NCBI GenBank assembly: GCA_036495715.1
Contig: DASXML010000060.1
Coordinates: 32,852-64,851 of the forward strand
Origin: Scandinavium sp.
GTDB lineage: Bacteria; Pseudomonadota; Gammaproteobacteria; Enterobacterales; Enterobacteriaceae
Direction of reading: 5' to 3'
Length of the DNA stretch: 32,000 bases
Shown here: piece after piece, positions 1 to 9,910 of the stretch
Position numbering within the stretch: the first letter of the stretch is position 1
Layout: each line of letters starts with the position of its first letter
Made by a program: the position numbers and the translations under genes
Notes under the pieces: generated by a model
Database searches by the model: none
What the model saw: only the letters and a program-made list of their open reading frames with translations
What the model was told of the DNA's origin: nothing

Positions 1-458
1 AATTGACCGCCGAAGCCGCGCTGAAGCTGGTGGGCGATATTTTTGTGTATCACATGCCGTTTAACCGCGCGCTAGGTCTTGAGCTGGAACGCTACGAGAA
101 ATCCTTTGCTCAATTGAGCTTTAATAACCAGCCGATGATGGTCGGCAACTGGGCGCAAAGTATTCTGCATGGCGGGGTGATCGCCTCGGCGCTGGATGTC
201 GCCGCGGGTCTGGTCTGCGTCGGCAGCACGCTTACCCGTCACGACACCATTAACGAAGACGAATTACGCCAACGCTTGTCACGAATGGGCACCATCGATT
301 TGCGTGTCGACTACCTGCGCCCTGGGCGCGGCAACCGCTTTACCGCCACCAGTAGTCTGCTGCGCGCGGGCAATAAAGTGGCAGTGGCGCGCGTCGAATT
401 GCATAACGAAGAGCAGGTCTATATCGCCAGCGCAACCGCCACTTATATGGTGGGTTGA
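1..458 (+). CDS. yigI: Hotdog-fold (PaaI/4HBT-type) thioesterase YigI, 5' end cut by the window edge
   Basis: The ORF at 3..458 ([32 protein letters not shown]...ATATYMVG) is near-identical to the remembered E. coli YigI (155 aa). About 5 N-terminal codons are missing. It sits upstream of rarD as in K-12. Confidence 0.88.
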   Translation, partial: LTAEAALKLVGDIFVYHMPFNRALGLELERYEKSFAQLSFNNQPMMVGNWAQSILHGGVIASALDVAAGLVCVGSTLTRHDTINEDELRQRLSRMGTIDLRVDYLRPGRGNRFTATSSLLRAGNKVAVARVELHNEEQVYIASATATYMVG

Positions 459-508
459 AGCAGTGAAATCGGGTAACATCCCTTTACTTTTATGTAACGG
501 ATTTTCCC

Positions 509-1402
509 ATGGATGCGAAACAGACGCGGCAAGGGGTGATACTCGCCCTTGTCGCTTATTTTATTTGGGGCGTAGCACCGGCGTATTTCAAGCTCATTCA
601 CTACGTGCCTGCCGACGAAATTCTCACTCACCGTATTATCTGGTCGTTCTTCTTTATGGTGGCGCTGATTACCATCAGCCGTCAGTGGGATGGCATTAAA
701 CGGTTGTGCCAGACGCCGAAAAAAATCTTCCTGTTGGCGCTTTCTGCGGTGCTGATTGGCGGCAACTGGCTGCTGTTCATCTGGGCGGTGAATAACCAGC
801 ATATGCTCGAAGCGAGCCTCGGCTATTTCATCAACCCGCTGGTGAATATTGTGTTGGGGATGATTTTCCTCGGCGAGCGCTTCCGTCGGATGCAATGGTT
901 CGCGGTGTTTCTCGCGGCCTGTGGCGTGTTGGTTCAGCTCTGGACGTTCGGTTCTCTACCGATTATCGCGTTGGGGTTGGCGTTCAGCTTTGCGTTTTAC
1001 GGCCTGGTGCGTAAGAAAATCGCCGTCGATGCGCAAACGGGCATGTTGGTGGAAACGCTCTGGCTGCTGCCTGTCGCGGCGATTTACCTGTTCGGCATCG
1101 CCGACAGCGCCACCAGCCATATGGGGCAAAATCCGTTGTCGCTGAATCTGCTGCTGATGGCGGCGGGCGTGGTCACCACTATTCCATTGTTATGCTTCAC
1201 CGGCGCGGCCACCCGACTGCGACTTTCCACGCTGGGCTTCTTCCAGTACATCGGCCCAACGCTGATGTTTATCCTCGCCGTCGTGTTCTACGGTGAAACG
1301 CCGGGTGCCGATAAAATGGTGACCTTCGCGTTTATCTGGGTCGCGCTGGCGGTGTTTGTTGCGGATGCGCTTTATACCCTGCGCCGCACGCCAAAACGCT
1401 GA
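509..1402 (+). CDS. rarD: EamA/DMT-family inner-membrane transporter RarD
   Basis: The 297-aa ORF (MDAKQTRQGV...) is colinear and highly similar to E. coli RarD. It has a 10-TM-like hydrophobic profile. Confidence 0.93.
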   Translation: MDAKQTRQGVILALVAYFIWGVAPAYFKLIHYVPADEILTHRIIWSFFFMVALITISRQWDGIKRLCQTPKKIFLLALSAVLIGGNWLLFIWAVNNQHMLEASLGYFINPLVNIVLGMIFLGERFRRMQWFAVFLAACGVLVQLWTFGSLPIIALGLAFSFAFYGLVRKKIAVDAQTGMLVETLWLLPVAAIYLFGIADSATSHMGQNPLSLNLLLMAAGVVTTIPLLCFTGAATRLRLSTLGFFQYIGPTLMFILAVVFYGETPGADKMVTFAFIWVALAVFVADALYTLRRTPKR

Positions 1403-1410
1403 TACCCCTG

Positions 1411-1433
1411 GCTTTGCCGGTTGGCGGCAAAGC
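1411..1433 (+). terminator. Possible rarD terminator hairpin (weak, no clear U-tract)
   Basis: GCTTTGCC (1411-1418) pairs with GGCAAAGC (1426-1433) across a 7-nt loop, 9 nt after the rarD stop. It is followed by tcattc only. Confidence 0.3.
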
Positions 1434-1510
1434 TCATTCAGTTAAATTCTTTGTTATTTCAAACGGCTTCTCACATCTTCAGCGGATAACTCCTTTGGAT
1501 GTGAAGCCGG

Positions 1511-2497
1511 ATGCTAATCCCCAATACCGTAAAACGCGCAGCCTGGCTGCATGACGAGCAGCGTCAGACCGTGCGTCTGCTTGCCAAAAGCTGGCTATGG
1601 CGCAGCGAACTGCCCACGTGGATCCTGATGTTCGTTATTTACGGCGGCTGGTTTGCGACACTGGCTTTCAGCGCCGCGCTGGGGCTTTTTGCTTCAACCA
1701 CCCTGCTGATTCTGTTCACCGCCTGGTATATGTCACTCCAGCATGAGTTGATCCACGGGCATCCCACACGCTGGTCGCGTCTCAATCAACTGTTTGGCCT
1801 GCTGCCGCTGGCGGTGTGGTATCCGTTCGGGCTGTATCGTGATTCCCATCTGGCGCATCACCGCAATCAACTGCTGACCGTGCCGGGCGAAGATCCTGAA
1901 ACCTATTATTTTTCTGCCGAACGCTGGCGGCGTTTTAGCCGCTGGCAGCAACGCATTATCCATGTGCGGAATACTTTTTTGGGCCGTTTATTCTTAGCCC
2001 CACTACTGGATATTTTCGGCGTCTTTGCCGGAATGGTCGCATCGTTCCAACGAGGGGATCGCCACGCTATTGCCATGTGGCTGGTACATTTTACGCTGTT
2101 AGCGCTGCTGTTTGGCTGGCTGAGACATAACGGGTTTTCCGTTCTGTGGTATCTGCTGGCGGTGAGCTATCCGGCACTGGCGATAACCAAAATACGTTCG
2201 TTTCTGGAACATCGGGCAGCGGACGACCCGCTGGCCCGTTCGGCGATCACCGAAACCTCACTGCCGTGGCGTTTACTGTTTCTGAATCTGAACTATCATT
2301 CGGTTCATCACGATTTACCCGGCGTGCCGTGGTACGGCTTGCGTAACGTCTGGCTACGTGACAAAGAACATTACGCTCAGCGTAATCACGGATTTGTGGT
2401 GAAAGGCTATCGGGAATGGTGGCGCAACTATCGCTTTCGCCCGGTGGACGTCACCGTTCACCCTGGCCGTTTTGAGGAAAACCAGCATGGCCGGTAA
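1511..2497 (+). CDS. Integral-membrane di-iron fatty-acid-desaturase/hydroxylase family protein (three His boxes)
   Basis: 328-aa ORF with hydrophobic segments at the N-terminus and in the middle. His boxes: HELIH(GH) at residues 78-84, HLAHH at 113-117 and HSVHH(DLPGVP) at 263-267. This is the classic HX3-4H / HX2HH / HX2HH pattern of the FA_desaturase superfamily. There is no counterpart at this position in K-12. Confidence 0.8.
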   Translation: MLIPNTVKRAAWLHDEQRQTVRLLAKSWLWRSELPTWILMFVIYGGWFATLAFSAALGLFASTTLLILFTAWYMSLQHELIHGHPTRWSRLNQLFGLLPLAVWYPFGLYRDSHLAHHRNQLLTVPGEDPETYYFSAERWRRFSRWQQRIIHVRNTFLGRLFLAPLLDIFGVFAGMVASFQRGDRHAIAMWLVHFTLLALLFGWLRHNGFSVLWYLLAVSYPALAITKIRSFLEHRAADDPLARSAITETSLPWRLLFLNLNYHSVHHDLPGVPWYGLRNVWLRDKEHYAQRNHGFVVKGYREWWRNYRFRPVDVTVHPGRFEENQHGR

Positions 2498-3221
2498 TAT
2501 CGCCTTCCCGATGTATGACGTTAATCGCATCGCCACGGACGCGCTGGCAAAAGCCGTGCAGCTGCGTTTTCCCGATTCGCACGTTCAACGCCAGACGGAG
2601 CTGCTCGGGCATTGGCAGGAGGACAATTTACTCCTGAGCCAGACCTGCGGATATCCGCTGGTAACGCAGTTGCTGGACGTGCAGGTAGTCGGCTGCTTTC
2701 ATTACACGGCGCAGGGCTGCGAAGGCAGAAACTATCGCAGTCTGATTGTGGTGCGTGAGGTCGACAAAGACAAAGCCTTGACCAATTTTCGCGGACGCAT
2801 CGCCGCGTGTAATTCGCCGGATTCGCAGTCAGGCTATCATGCGCTGCGTCATCATCTGGCCCATGACGATACGTTTTTCCGTTCGATCATGTGGAGCGGC
2901 AGCCATCGCCAATCGCTGAATGCCGTGCAAAACGGAACCGCAGATATGGCCGCTATCGACTGTGTCACTCTGGCATTACTGAGACGTTATGAACCACAGG
3001 CTCTGGTCGGTTTGTCGATCGTTGGCGAGACGGAATTGACGCCGGGCTTGCCGCTGATCACCTCACGTCATACATCCGCACAAACGCTCGAAGCGCTGCG
3101 AGAGGCATTAAGAGACATTGCAGAGGATGAAAAAATCGCGGAGCCGTTGTTGATCGGCGGCTTCAGTCCGGCAAGCCGCCGCGATTATGACGTGATACTT
3201 ACAGCCAGTTCCGGCGCTTGA
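2487..3221 (+). CDS. PhnD/SsuA-like type-2 periplasmic-binding-protein-fold protein without a signal peptide (cytoplasmic?)
   Basis: I prefer the ATG at 2487 ([12 protein letters not shown]...) over the TTG at 2472. A GAGGA motif lies 8 nt upstream, and the start overlaps the desaturase stop by 11 nt, indicating translational coupling. The composition and motifs ([26 protein letters not shown]) look like the phosphonate-bd / COG3221 fold. The N-terminus has no hydrophobic leader. The family call comes from pattern memory only. Confidence 0.6.
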   Translation: MAGNIAFPMYDVNRIATDALAKAVQLRFPDSHVQRQTELLGHWQEDNLLLSQTCGYPLVTQLLDVQVVGCFHYTAQGCEGRNYRSLIVVREVDKDKALTNFRGRIAACNSPDSQSGYHALRHHLAHDDTFFRSIMWSGSHRQSLNAVQNGTADMAAIDCVTLALLRRYEPQALVGLSIVGETELTPGLPLITSRHTSAQTLEALREALRDIAEDEKIAEPLLIGGFSPASRRDYDVILTASSGA

Positions 3222-4149
3222 AGTAGAGATACGGCGCCAGTCCGGCGAGGATCATCAGGATAATGGCTGCGGGATAACCGAAGCTAAGCTCCAGTTCCGG
3301 CATAAATTTAAAGTTCATCCCGTAGCTTGACGCCACCAGCGTCGGTGGCAAGAACACCACCGAAACCACCGAGAAGATCTTGATGATGCGGTTCTGCTCG
3401 ATGTTGATAAAGCCCATCGCCGCCTGCATCAGGAAGTTAACTTTCTGGAACAGGGATTCGTTGTGCGGCAACAGGGATTCGATATCTCGCAGAATTTCAC
3501 GCGCTTGCTCGAGCTGAACCGCTGGCAAACGCGCCTTACGTACCAGGAAGTTCAGCGCGCGCTGGGTATCCATCAGACACAAACGCACTTTCCAGCCGAT
3601 ATCTTCCAGCTCCGCTAACGTCGAGAGCGCCTCATCATATTCATCGCCCTGATGGCCTTCCATAATGACGCGACTCAGCTTTTCCAGATCGCTGTAGATG
3701 TTTTCGATTTCATCCGCCAGCTGTTCGATTTTGGTTTCGAACAGATCAAGCAGCAGCTCAAACGCGTTACCGTCAACCATCTCCTGGCTACGGGCGCGCA
3801 TACGATACAAACGGAACGCAGGCAGTTCGCGCTCACGAAGCGTGAACAGGCGGCCTTCGCGAATGGTAAACGCCACCGTGGAGTTACCGGCGTGATCGTC
3901 AGCATCTTCAAAGAAGAAGAAGGAGTGAATGTGCAGCCCGTCTTCGTCTTCAAAGAAACGGGCCGATGCCTCGATGTCTTCCAGTTCAGGACGTGTCGCC
4001 AGATTTTGGCCCAGTTCTGTCTGTACGCGTTGACGCTCTTCGTCGTCCGGCTCCACCAAATCAACCCATACCGAGGTGGCAAGGTGTTCGATGTCATCCG
4101 ACTCAAGACGCGTTAAGCGATTGTTTTCCAGTTGAAATGCGCTCAGCAT
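3199..4149 (-). CDS. corA: Mg2+/Co2+ transport protein CorA
   Basis: Starting at [15 protein letters not shown] gives 316 aa, as in E. coli/Salmonella CorA. The signature YGMNF (GMN motif) and the C-terminal ...[10 protein letters not shown] are present. The track ORF begins 5 codons further upstream, which is probably not the real start. Confidence 0.95.
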   Translation of the reverse strand: MLSAFQLENNRLTRLESDDIEHLATSVWVDLVEPDDEERQRVQTELGQNLATRPELEDIEASARFFEDEDGLHIHSFFFFEDADDHAGNSTVAFTIREGRLFTLRERELPAFRLYRMRARSQEMVDGNAFELLLDLFETKIEQLADEIENIYSDLEKLSRVIMEGHQGDEYDEALSTLAELEDIGWKVRLCLMDTQRALNFLVRKARLPAVQLEQAREILRDIESLLPHNESLFQKVNFLMQAAMGFINIEQNRIIKIFSVVSVVFLPPTLVASSYGMNFKFMPELELSFGYPAAIILMILAGLAPYLYFKRRNWL

Positions 4150-4387
4150 GACCGGGACTCCCAATGCAAAAAATTATCGGACAGTACGGTGGGCACACAG
4201 AAACATCGGGGGTTTCAGACCATTAAGCCTGACTCAGAGCGACGGGAATATTGCATGTCACTGACAACCTCTAAGGCCATCAGCGTCGGGTGATAGCCTT
4301 AGGAGTTGTTCCTGGATTGCAGGAAATTGAGCCAGTATCTACTGGGTGTGTCCAAGGTATCAGTCCTCTTAGCGTATTCGTGTGCGC

Positions 4388-4416
4388 ATGTTACGCCAGC
4401 CTAAATGCAGCGTCAA
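4388..4416 (-). promoter_or_regulatory. Candidate sigma70 promoter of corA, implying a ~230-nt leader
   Basis: On the minus strand, TTGACG (4416-4411) is followed by a 17-nt spacer and TAACAT (4393-4388). It is the only good -35/-10 pair in the 340-bp corA-uvrD spacer. Confidence 0.4.
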
Positions 4417-4503
4417 CAGAGAGCGAAGCGCCAGGGCGGATTTCCCCCACTCTGGCGTTTATGACTCGCAGAACATTAAAAATTTATTATGCATTTCTTA
4501 GTG

Positions 4504-6666
4504 TTATGCATTTTCGAGGCGCGCATAAGCCGCCACTAACCATTTGATTCCCTGGCCCTGGAACGCCACCTGTAAACGGCTGTGTTCTCCGCTTCCTTCA
4601 AGATTCACAATCGTGCCTTCGCCAAATTTCGGGTGACGTACACGCTGGCCCAGTTTGTAGCCCGTATCGTTTTCCGACATCGGCGTGCCCATCTGCCGAT
4701 GGCTTACCGGGCGACTCACGGTGGCGCGTAAGCGTACTTCTTCCACGCAGGCTTCCGGTAATTCGCCGATGAAACGAGACGGGCGGTGATACACCTCTTT
4801 GCCATACAAGCGACGGGTTTCGGCATAGGTCAGCGTCAGCTTTTGCATCGCGCGTGTCACGCCGACATATGCCAGTCGGCGCTCTTCTTCCAGACGCCCG
4901 CCTTCATCGAGTGACATCTGGCTCGGAAACATGCCTTCTTCGACGCCGACAATAAACACTTGCGGGAACTCCAACCCTTTCGCCGAGTGCAATGTCATCA
5001 GCTGAACCGCATCTTGCCAGGTATCTGCCTGCCCTTCGCCCGCTTCCAGCGCCGCGTGGGACAAGAACGCCTGCAACGGCATCAAATCTTCTTCTTCATC
5101 GTTGTAGCTGAACTGGCGCGTCGCCGTCACCAGTTCCTCTAAGTTCTCAATACGCGTCTGGCCTTTCTCGCCTTTTTCTTGCTCATACATCATGAACAGG
5201 CCGGAATCTTTAATCACCCGGTCAGTTTGCACATGCAGCGGCATGTCGGCTGTTTCTTGTGCCAACGCGTCGATAAGCTCCATAAAACGCTGTAAGGCGC
5301 TAGCCGCACGCCCTGCGAGGGCTTTGTCTTTCAGCAGTTCACGACAGGCCTGCCACAGCGTGAGCTGACGATCGCGGGACGCCTGACGCACCACGTCCAG
5401 TGTGCGGTCGCCGATGCCACGCGTGGGGGTGTTCACCACGCGTTCAAACGCCGCATCATCGTTACGGTTGGCAATCAGGCGCAGATACGACAGCGCATCT
5501 TTGATTTCCAGGCGTTCGAAGAAGCGCATCCCGCCATAAATACGGTACGGCATACTGACCTGGAGCAGCGCCTCTTCCAGCACACGCGACTGGGCGTTGC
5601 TGCGATAGAGAATGGCGCACTGTTCAAGCTGGCCGCCGTTGTCCTGCCAGGCTTTGATACGGCTCACGACAAACCGCGCTTCGTCCAGTTCGTTGAAGGC
5701 GCAGTAGAGTGAAATCGGTTCGCCGTCGACACCGTCGGTCCACAGCTTTTTACCCAAACGCCCGTTGTTGTTTTCAATCAGGGCGTTGGCGGCGCTCAGA
5801 ATATTGTTGGTTGAGCGGTAGTTCTGCTCCAAACGGATAGTTTCCGCGCCGGGGAAATCATTCAGGAAACGCTGGATGTTTTCGACCTGCGCGCCGCGCC
5901 AGCCGTAGATCGACTGGTCATCATCGCCGACGATCATGACTTTGCCGCTGTCACCCGCCAACATGCGGATCCAGGCGTACTGGATGTTGTTGGTATCCTG
6001 GAATTCATCGACCAGAATGTTAGTGAAACGCTCGCGGTAGTGCTGCAAGATATGCGGCTTGTTGAGCCACAGTTCGTGAGCGCGCAACAGCAGTTCGGCA
6101 AAATCCACCAGACCCGCACGGTCGCACGCTTCCTGATAAGCCTGATAAACCTTCTGCCAGGTTTGCTCCACCGGGTTGCCGAAACTTTGAATGTGATGCG
6201 GGCGCAGCCCTTCGTCTTTCTGACCGTTGATGTACCACATTGCCTGACGCGGCGGCCATTGCTTCTCGTCGAGGTTCATCGCCTTGATCAGACGCTTCAA
6301 CAGGCGCAGCTGGTCTTCGCTGTCGAGGATTTGAAAATCCTGTGGCAGATTGGCGTCCAGATGATGCGCACGCAGCAAACGGTGCGCCAGGCCGTGGAAG
6401 GTACCGACCCACATTCCGCCTTGCGTAGTGCCCATCAGTTGACCGATACGATGGCGCATTTCTGCCGCCGCTTTGTTGGTAAACGTCACCGCCATAATGG
6501 AATACGGCGAGCAGTTTTCCACGCTCATCAGCCACGCAATACGGTGAACCAGCACGCGCGTCTTTCCGCTTCCCGCCCCTGCCAGCACCAGCATGTTAGT
6601 GCGCGACGCCGCCACGGCTTCACGCTGTTTGTCATTGAGGCTGTCGAGCAGGTAAGAAACGTCCAT
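4504..6666 (-). CDS. uvrD: DNA helicase II UvrD
   Basis: Starting at MDVSYLLDSLNDKQREAV gives 720 aa. It has Walker A AGAGSGKT, DEFQD, and ~94% identity to the remembered E. coli UvrD over the full length. Confidence 0.97.
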   Translation of the reverse strand: MDVSYLLDSLNDKQREAVAASRTNMLVLAGAGSGKTRVLVHRIAWLMSVENCSPYSIMAVTFTNKAAAEMRHRIGQLMGTTQGGMWVGTFHGLAHRLLRAHHLDANLPQDFQILDSEDQLRLLKRLIKAMNLDEKQWPPRQAMWYINGQKDEGLRPHHIQSFGNPVEQTWQKVYQAYQEACDRAGLVDFAELLLRAHELWLNKPHILQHYRERFTNILVDEFQDTNNIQYAWIRMLAGDSGKVMIVGDDDQSIYGWRGAQVENIQRFLNDFPGAETIRLEQNYRSTNNILSAANALIENNNGRLGKKLWTDGVDGEPISLYCAFNELDEARFVVSRIKAWQDNGGQLEQCAILYRSNAQSRVLEEALLQVSMPYRIYGGMRFFERLEIKDALSYLRLIANRNDDAAFERVVNTPTRGIGDRTLDVVRQASRDRQLTLWQACRELLKDKALAGRAASALQRFMELIDALAQETADMPLHVQTDRVIKDSGLFMMYEQEKGEKGQTRIENLEELVTATRQFSYNDEEEDLMPLQAFLSHAALEAGEGQADTWQDAVQLMTLHSAKGLEFPQVFIVGVEEGMFPSQMSLDEGGRLEEERRLAYVGVTRAMQKLTLTYAETRRLYGKEVYHRPSRFIGELPEACVEEVRLRATVSRPVSHRQMGTPMSENDTGYKLGQRVRHPKFGEGTIVNLEGSGEHSRLQVAFQGQGIKWLVAAYARLENA

Positions 6667-6702
6667 TGGCACCGCCGAAGAAAGTCGGGGTTCACAGAAC
6701 CC

Positions 6703-6718
6703 CTGGGAATTTATACAG
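6703..6718 (-). promoter_or_regulatory. LexA (SOS) box upstream of uvrD
   Basis: The minus strand reads CTGTATAAATTCCCAG (CTGT-N8-CCAG), 37 nt upstream of the uvrD ATG. It has the same imperfect CTGT...CCAG form as the E. coli uvrD SOS box (CTGTATATATACCCAG) as I remember it. Confidence 0.6.
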
Positions 6719-6730
6719 AGTTGCTGATGA

Positions 6731-7447
6731 TTATATCAGCGTAGTGAGGGATGCCAACCGCGAAATTTCGAGGTGAGGTAACAAGCGGCTGTCGGCAATT
6801 TGCATCAAATCGCCGTCGAGCAGATTGATCCAACAGGCCTGCATGCCACAGCGAATCGCACCAGCGACGTCGGTCGTCAAGTCATCGCCCACGTGCAGGA
6901 TCTGCTCCAGCGGTACATCAAGACGTTCTGCGGCCAGATGGTACATGTCGCTAAAAGGCTTCGAGCGCCCATCGGGGCCCGCGCGCAGCACAAACTTAAA
7001 ATAGTCGTTCAGGCCAAACAGTTCAGGCTGTGCGTTGCCATTGGTGATCGCCACCAGCGGCCATTTTTCGGCCAGACGTGCGAGGGTGTCGTGCGTTTCC
7101 TGCGGCACGTCTATCGCACTGCGCCATTGGGCAAAATTCGCCATCGCCGCATTCGCACCAACGGCCGCTTCTCGGGTCGACAGCCCAGCGTTAAGCATCG
7201 CCTGTTCAACCGCACGACGCCGCCATTCGGTCACGTCGTGATAAATGTCTGGATCGGCCTGGCGCAGCGACTGGCGCAATTGATGGAAATCGCTGTTTTC
7301 CAGCGCCTGCAACGCGGGATGATAACTGCGAACGAACGCCAGCGACTCTTTTTCCGTCCGGCGAATCACCTGCCGGTTGTCGTAAAGGGTGTCATCGAGG
7401 TCGAACGTCAGGGCCGCTATCTGGCCCAGTGGACGGTAAAAACGCAT
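6731..7447 (-). CDS. yigB: HAD-family phosphatase YigB (5-amino-6-(5-phospho-D-ribitylamino)uracil phosphatase)
   Basis: 238 aa, [24 protein letters not shown] (HAD motif I DxDxT). It is colinear with E. coli YigB. Its start overlaps the xerC stop (TAATG). Confidence 0.93.
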   Translation of the reverse strand: MRFYRPLGQIAALTFDLDDTLYDNRQVIRRTEKESLAFVRSYHPALQALENSDFHQLRQSLRQADPDIYHDVTEWRRRAVEQAMLNAGLSTREAAVGANAAMANFAQWRSAIDVPQETHDTLARLAEKWPLVAITNGNAQPELFGLNDYFKFVLRAGPDGRSKPFSDMYHLAAERLDVPLEQILHVGDDLTTDVAGAIRCGMQACWINLLDGDLMQIADSRLLPHLEISRLASLTTLI

Positions 7448-8349
7448 TATTTCCCCCGTTTTGCGCGTGGGTGTGCCTTGTCGTATACCGAGGCAAGATG
7501 TTGAAAATCAAGATGGGTGTAGATTTGGGTCGTCGAGAGATTGGCGTGACCGAGCAGTTCCTGTACGCCACGCAAATCACCGCTGGATTCCAGCATATGC
7601 GTGGCAAAGGAGTGGCGCAGCTTATGCGGATTCACATGGCTGTTCAGCCCCTGCTTGATGCCCCACTCCGCGAAACGTTTTTGAACGTTGCGCGCCGAAA
7701 TACGATTGCCGAGCTTCGACAGGAACAGCGCATTTTCCTCGCTGCCAAACAGCCCGCGCAGATCAAGCCAGTGCTCAATCCACTGCACGGCGTTTCGGCC
7801 AATCGGCAAGCGTCGTTCTTTGCTGCCTTTACCCATCACCCACACTTCACCGGATTCGAGATCGAGATGTTTAATGTCGAGGTTCACCAGCTCCGACAGA
7901 CGCAAACCCGCGCCGTACATCACTTCCAGCATCGCCCTGTCGCGCACTGCCAGGGGATCGTTGAGATCAATATCCAACAGTCGGTTAACATCATCGACGT
8001 CAATATTCTTCGGCAGATGCCGCGGGGCTTTCGGCGCAGAAACCGCTTTCGCCGGATTAGCCTGTAATTCGCCCTGGCTCACCAGCCAGTCGAAAAAACT
8101 GCGCAGAGCCGACAGACGCAGCGCGAGACTTGCCGGGCCTAGCCCTTTACGGCGGCTGCGGACGGCGAAATTGCGCACCACCGCAGCGTCACATTGTTGC
8201 CAGCTTTTCACGCCGCTTTCGTCGGCTAAAGCAATGATGGCATCAAGCTGACGCTGATAGTTGAGCAAAGTGATGGGGCTAAGCTGGCGTTCAACGCCGA
8301 GATAGCGCAGGAAGCGTTCGGTGGGCGCGGCAAGCGGTGACGAGGTCAT
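7447..8349 (-). CDS. xerC: Tyrosine recombinase XerC (chromosome dimer resolution)
   Basis: I chose the start at [35 protein letters not shown], which has an ATGA overlap with the yigA stop. The catalytic region [12 protein letters not shown]...[15 protein letters not shown] is present. It lies in the conserved dapF-yigA-xerC-yigB operon. Confidence 0.95.
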   Translation of the reverse strand: MTSSPLAAPTERFLRYLGVERQLSPITLLNYQRQLDAIIALADESGVKSWQQCDAAVVRNFAVRSRRKGLGPASLALRLSALRSFFDWLVSQGELQANPAKAVSAPKAPRHLPKNIDVDDVNRLLDIDLNDPLAVRDRAMLEVMYGAGLRLSELVNLDIKHLDLESGEVWVMGKGSKERRLPIGRNAVQWIEHWLDLRGLFGSEENALFLSKLGNRISARNVQKRFAEWGIKQGLNSHVNPHKLRHSFATHMLESSGDLRGVQELLGHANLSTTQIYTHLDFQHLASVYDKAHPRAKRGK

Positions 8350-9053
8350 ACGCGCTCGACCCAACGCTCCAACAAACCGGGCAGCATCAGGGAGATTTCC
8401 TGCAACAGGTGTGTGCCCTGACCGGCCTGATAATGATGCGGATCGCGACTGCTGAACAGCACCACGCCGAGAGAGCCGTCACTGCCAAGCATCGACATCG
8501 CCACCGAACCAATCGCTTTGGCATCGGGCATCATCACCAGCAGTTCGGGACCGTTCAGGGAACCGAGAAAATGCGGCTCCTGACCCAAACGCTGAATGCG
8601 GATCGGTTCGAATGCCTGACGCGAGAGCGCCAGTTGGGTGAATTTAGACGGCGCACCAATGTGCCAGCGATCGGCGAACAGACGCACAGTGGCCCCTGCA
8701 AGGCCCAGATCGCGCGCCCAACGGTGAAAGCGATTAAGCATGTCATCCAGGCTTTCCGCCGCCGCCAGCCGCGTTTGCAGGTGCAGCAGACGATAGAACA
8801 GGCTTTCGTTCGCCGTCGCCTGCTCCACCAGCATCGTCATGTTCTCTTCCAGCGCGTTAATGTGATTTCTCGCTCGCGCCATGTGCCATTCGACTAACGA
8901 CACCGTACCGCGAACAGGATGCGGCACGCGCATCTGTTCCACCGCCGGAGCGTTACGAATAAAGAACTCAGGATGTTGCAGCAGATAGTCGACTACCGCC
9001 CGATCGTCGAGCGTGTTGAGTTCTGCCTGCTGTTCTTCCCCGATGGGTTTCAT
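8346..9053 (-). CDS. yigA: DUF484-family protein YigA
   Basis: 235 aa, the same length and position as E. coli YigA. ATGA overlaps occur at both ends. Confidence 0.9.
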   Translation of the reverse strand: MKPIGEEQQAELNTLDDRAVVDYLLQHPEFFIRNAPAVEQMRVPHPVRGTVSLVEWHMARARNHINALEENMTMLVEQATANESLFYRLLHLQTRLAAAESLDDMLNRFHRWARDLGLAGATVRLFADRWHIGAPSKFTQLALSRQAFEPIRIQRLGQEPHFLGSLNGPELLVMMPDAKAIGSVAMSMLGSDGSLGVVLFSSRDPHHYQAGQGTHLLQEISLMLPGLLERWVERV

Positions 9054-9874
9054 AAATGAATAAATCCGTCGTAGACGTGTGCCGCCGGGCCCGTCATAAA
9101 CAGCGGCTGGCCCGGTCCTTTCCAGGCGATATCCAACCGCCCGCCTGGCAATTCGACGCGTACCTCTTCGGCCAGCAAACCCTGCTGAATACCGACGGCA
9201 ACCGCCGCACAGGCACCGCTCCCGCAGGCCTGGGTCTCACCCGCGCCGCGCTCAAAAACGCGCAAACGGATGTGGTCATTTTTCACCACCTGCATAAACC
9301 CGATATTGGCACGCTCAGGAAAACGCTCGTGGCTTTCCAGAACGGGTCCTAATGTTTCCACCGGGGCGGTATCAACATCATCGACCTGAATGACGCAATG
9401 CGGGTTCCCCATTGAGACAACGCCGCACATTATGGTTTGCTCGGCGGCCCGCATAATATAGGTCTTTTCCGCTTTGTTCGCGCGAAACGGCACCTGCGAA
9501 GGCTCGAAGTTGGGTTCACCCATATTCACCCGCACCAACTCGTCATCCGTTACGGTTAATACCATACGGCCATTGGCGGTGCTGACGCGGATATCACGTT
9601 TATTGGTCAGGCCTTTGATTCGCACGAAGCGTGCAAAGCAGCGCGCGCCGTTGCCGCACTGGGACACTTCGCTGCCGTCGGCGTTAAAAATACGGTAGTG
9701 GAAATCGAGATCGGGGTCGTACGGGGGTTCTACCACCAACAGCTGGTCGAAGCCCACACCGTGATGCCGATCGGCCAGGCGGCGGATCAGCTCCGGAGAA
9801 AAGAACACATTCTGCGTTACCGCATCGACGACCATGAAATCATTACCAAGGCCGTGCATTTTAGAGAACTGCAT
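9050..9874 (-). CDS. dapF: Diaminopimelate epimerase DapF
   Basis: 274 aa starting at [17 protein letters not shown]. The catalytic Cys motifs GNGARC and CGSGACA are present. Confidence 0.97.
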   Translation of the reverse strand: MQFSKMHGLGNDFMVVDAVTQNVFFSPELIRRLADRHHGVGFDQLLVVEPPYDPDLDFHYRIFNADGSEVSQCGNGARCFARFVRIKGLTNKRDIRVSTANGRMVLTVTDDELVRVNMGEPNFEPSQVPFRANKAEKTYIMRAAEQTIMCGVVSMGNPHCVIQVDDVDTAPVETLGPVLESHERFPERANIGFMQVVKNDHIRLRVFERGAGETQACGSGACAAVAVGIQQGLLAEEVRVELPGGRLDIAWKGPGQPLFMTGPAAHVYDGFIHL

Positions 9875-9910
9875 CATTTACTCCATCCACGCAGAAACAA
9901 CGGCTTCTTG

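Noticed and set aside
4429-4457. A hairpin, CGCCAG...CTGGCG, just downstream of the uvrD stop, considered as a uvrD terminator.
   Set aside because: It has only a 6-bp stem and a 17-nt loop, with no U-tract on the minus strand. It is too weak to annotate.
4290-4547. An 85-aa ORF on the plus strand in the corA-uvrD spacer.
   Set aside because: It has no SD sequence, lies antisense to the predicted corA promoter and leader, and runs into the uvrD 3' end. Its composition is not protein-like.
6040-6744. A 234-aa ORF on the plus strand. Similar long ORFs occur at 443..895(-), 6800..7504(+), 7429..8067(+), 8337..8897(+), 16353..17192(-), 23723..24229(+) and 30277..30951(+).
   Set aside because: All of them lie entirely antisense to strongly supported conserved genes (uvrD, rarD, yigB, xerC, yigA, hemY, wecF, wecB/wzzE). 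They are Arg/His/Gln-rich with low-complexity composition, lack SD sequences, and are typical shadow ORFs of moderately GC-rich coding DNA.
7447-8349. A tyrosine recombinase that could mark a mobile element or integrated island.
   Set aside because: It is XerC in its conserved dapF-yigA-xerC-yigB operon with overlapping stop/start codons. There are no flanking repeats, att-like duplications or cargo genes.
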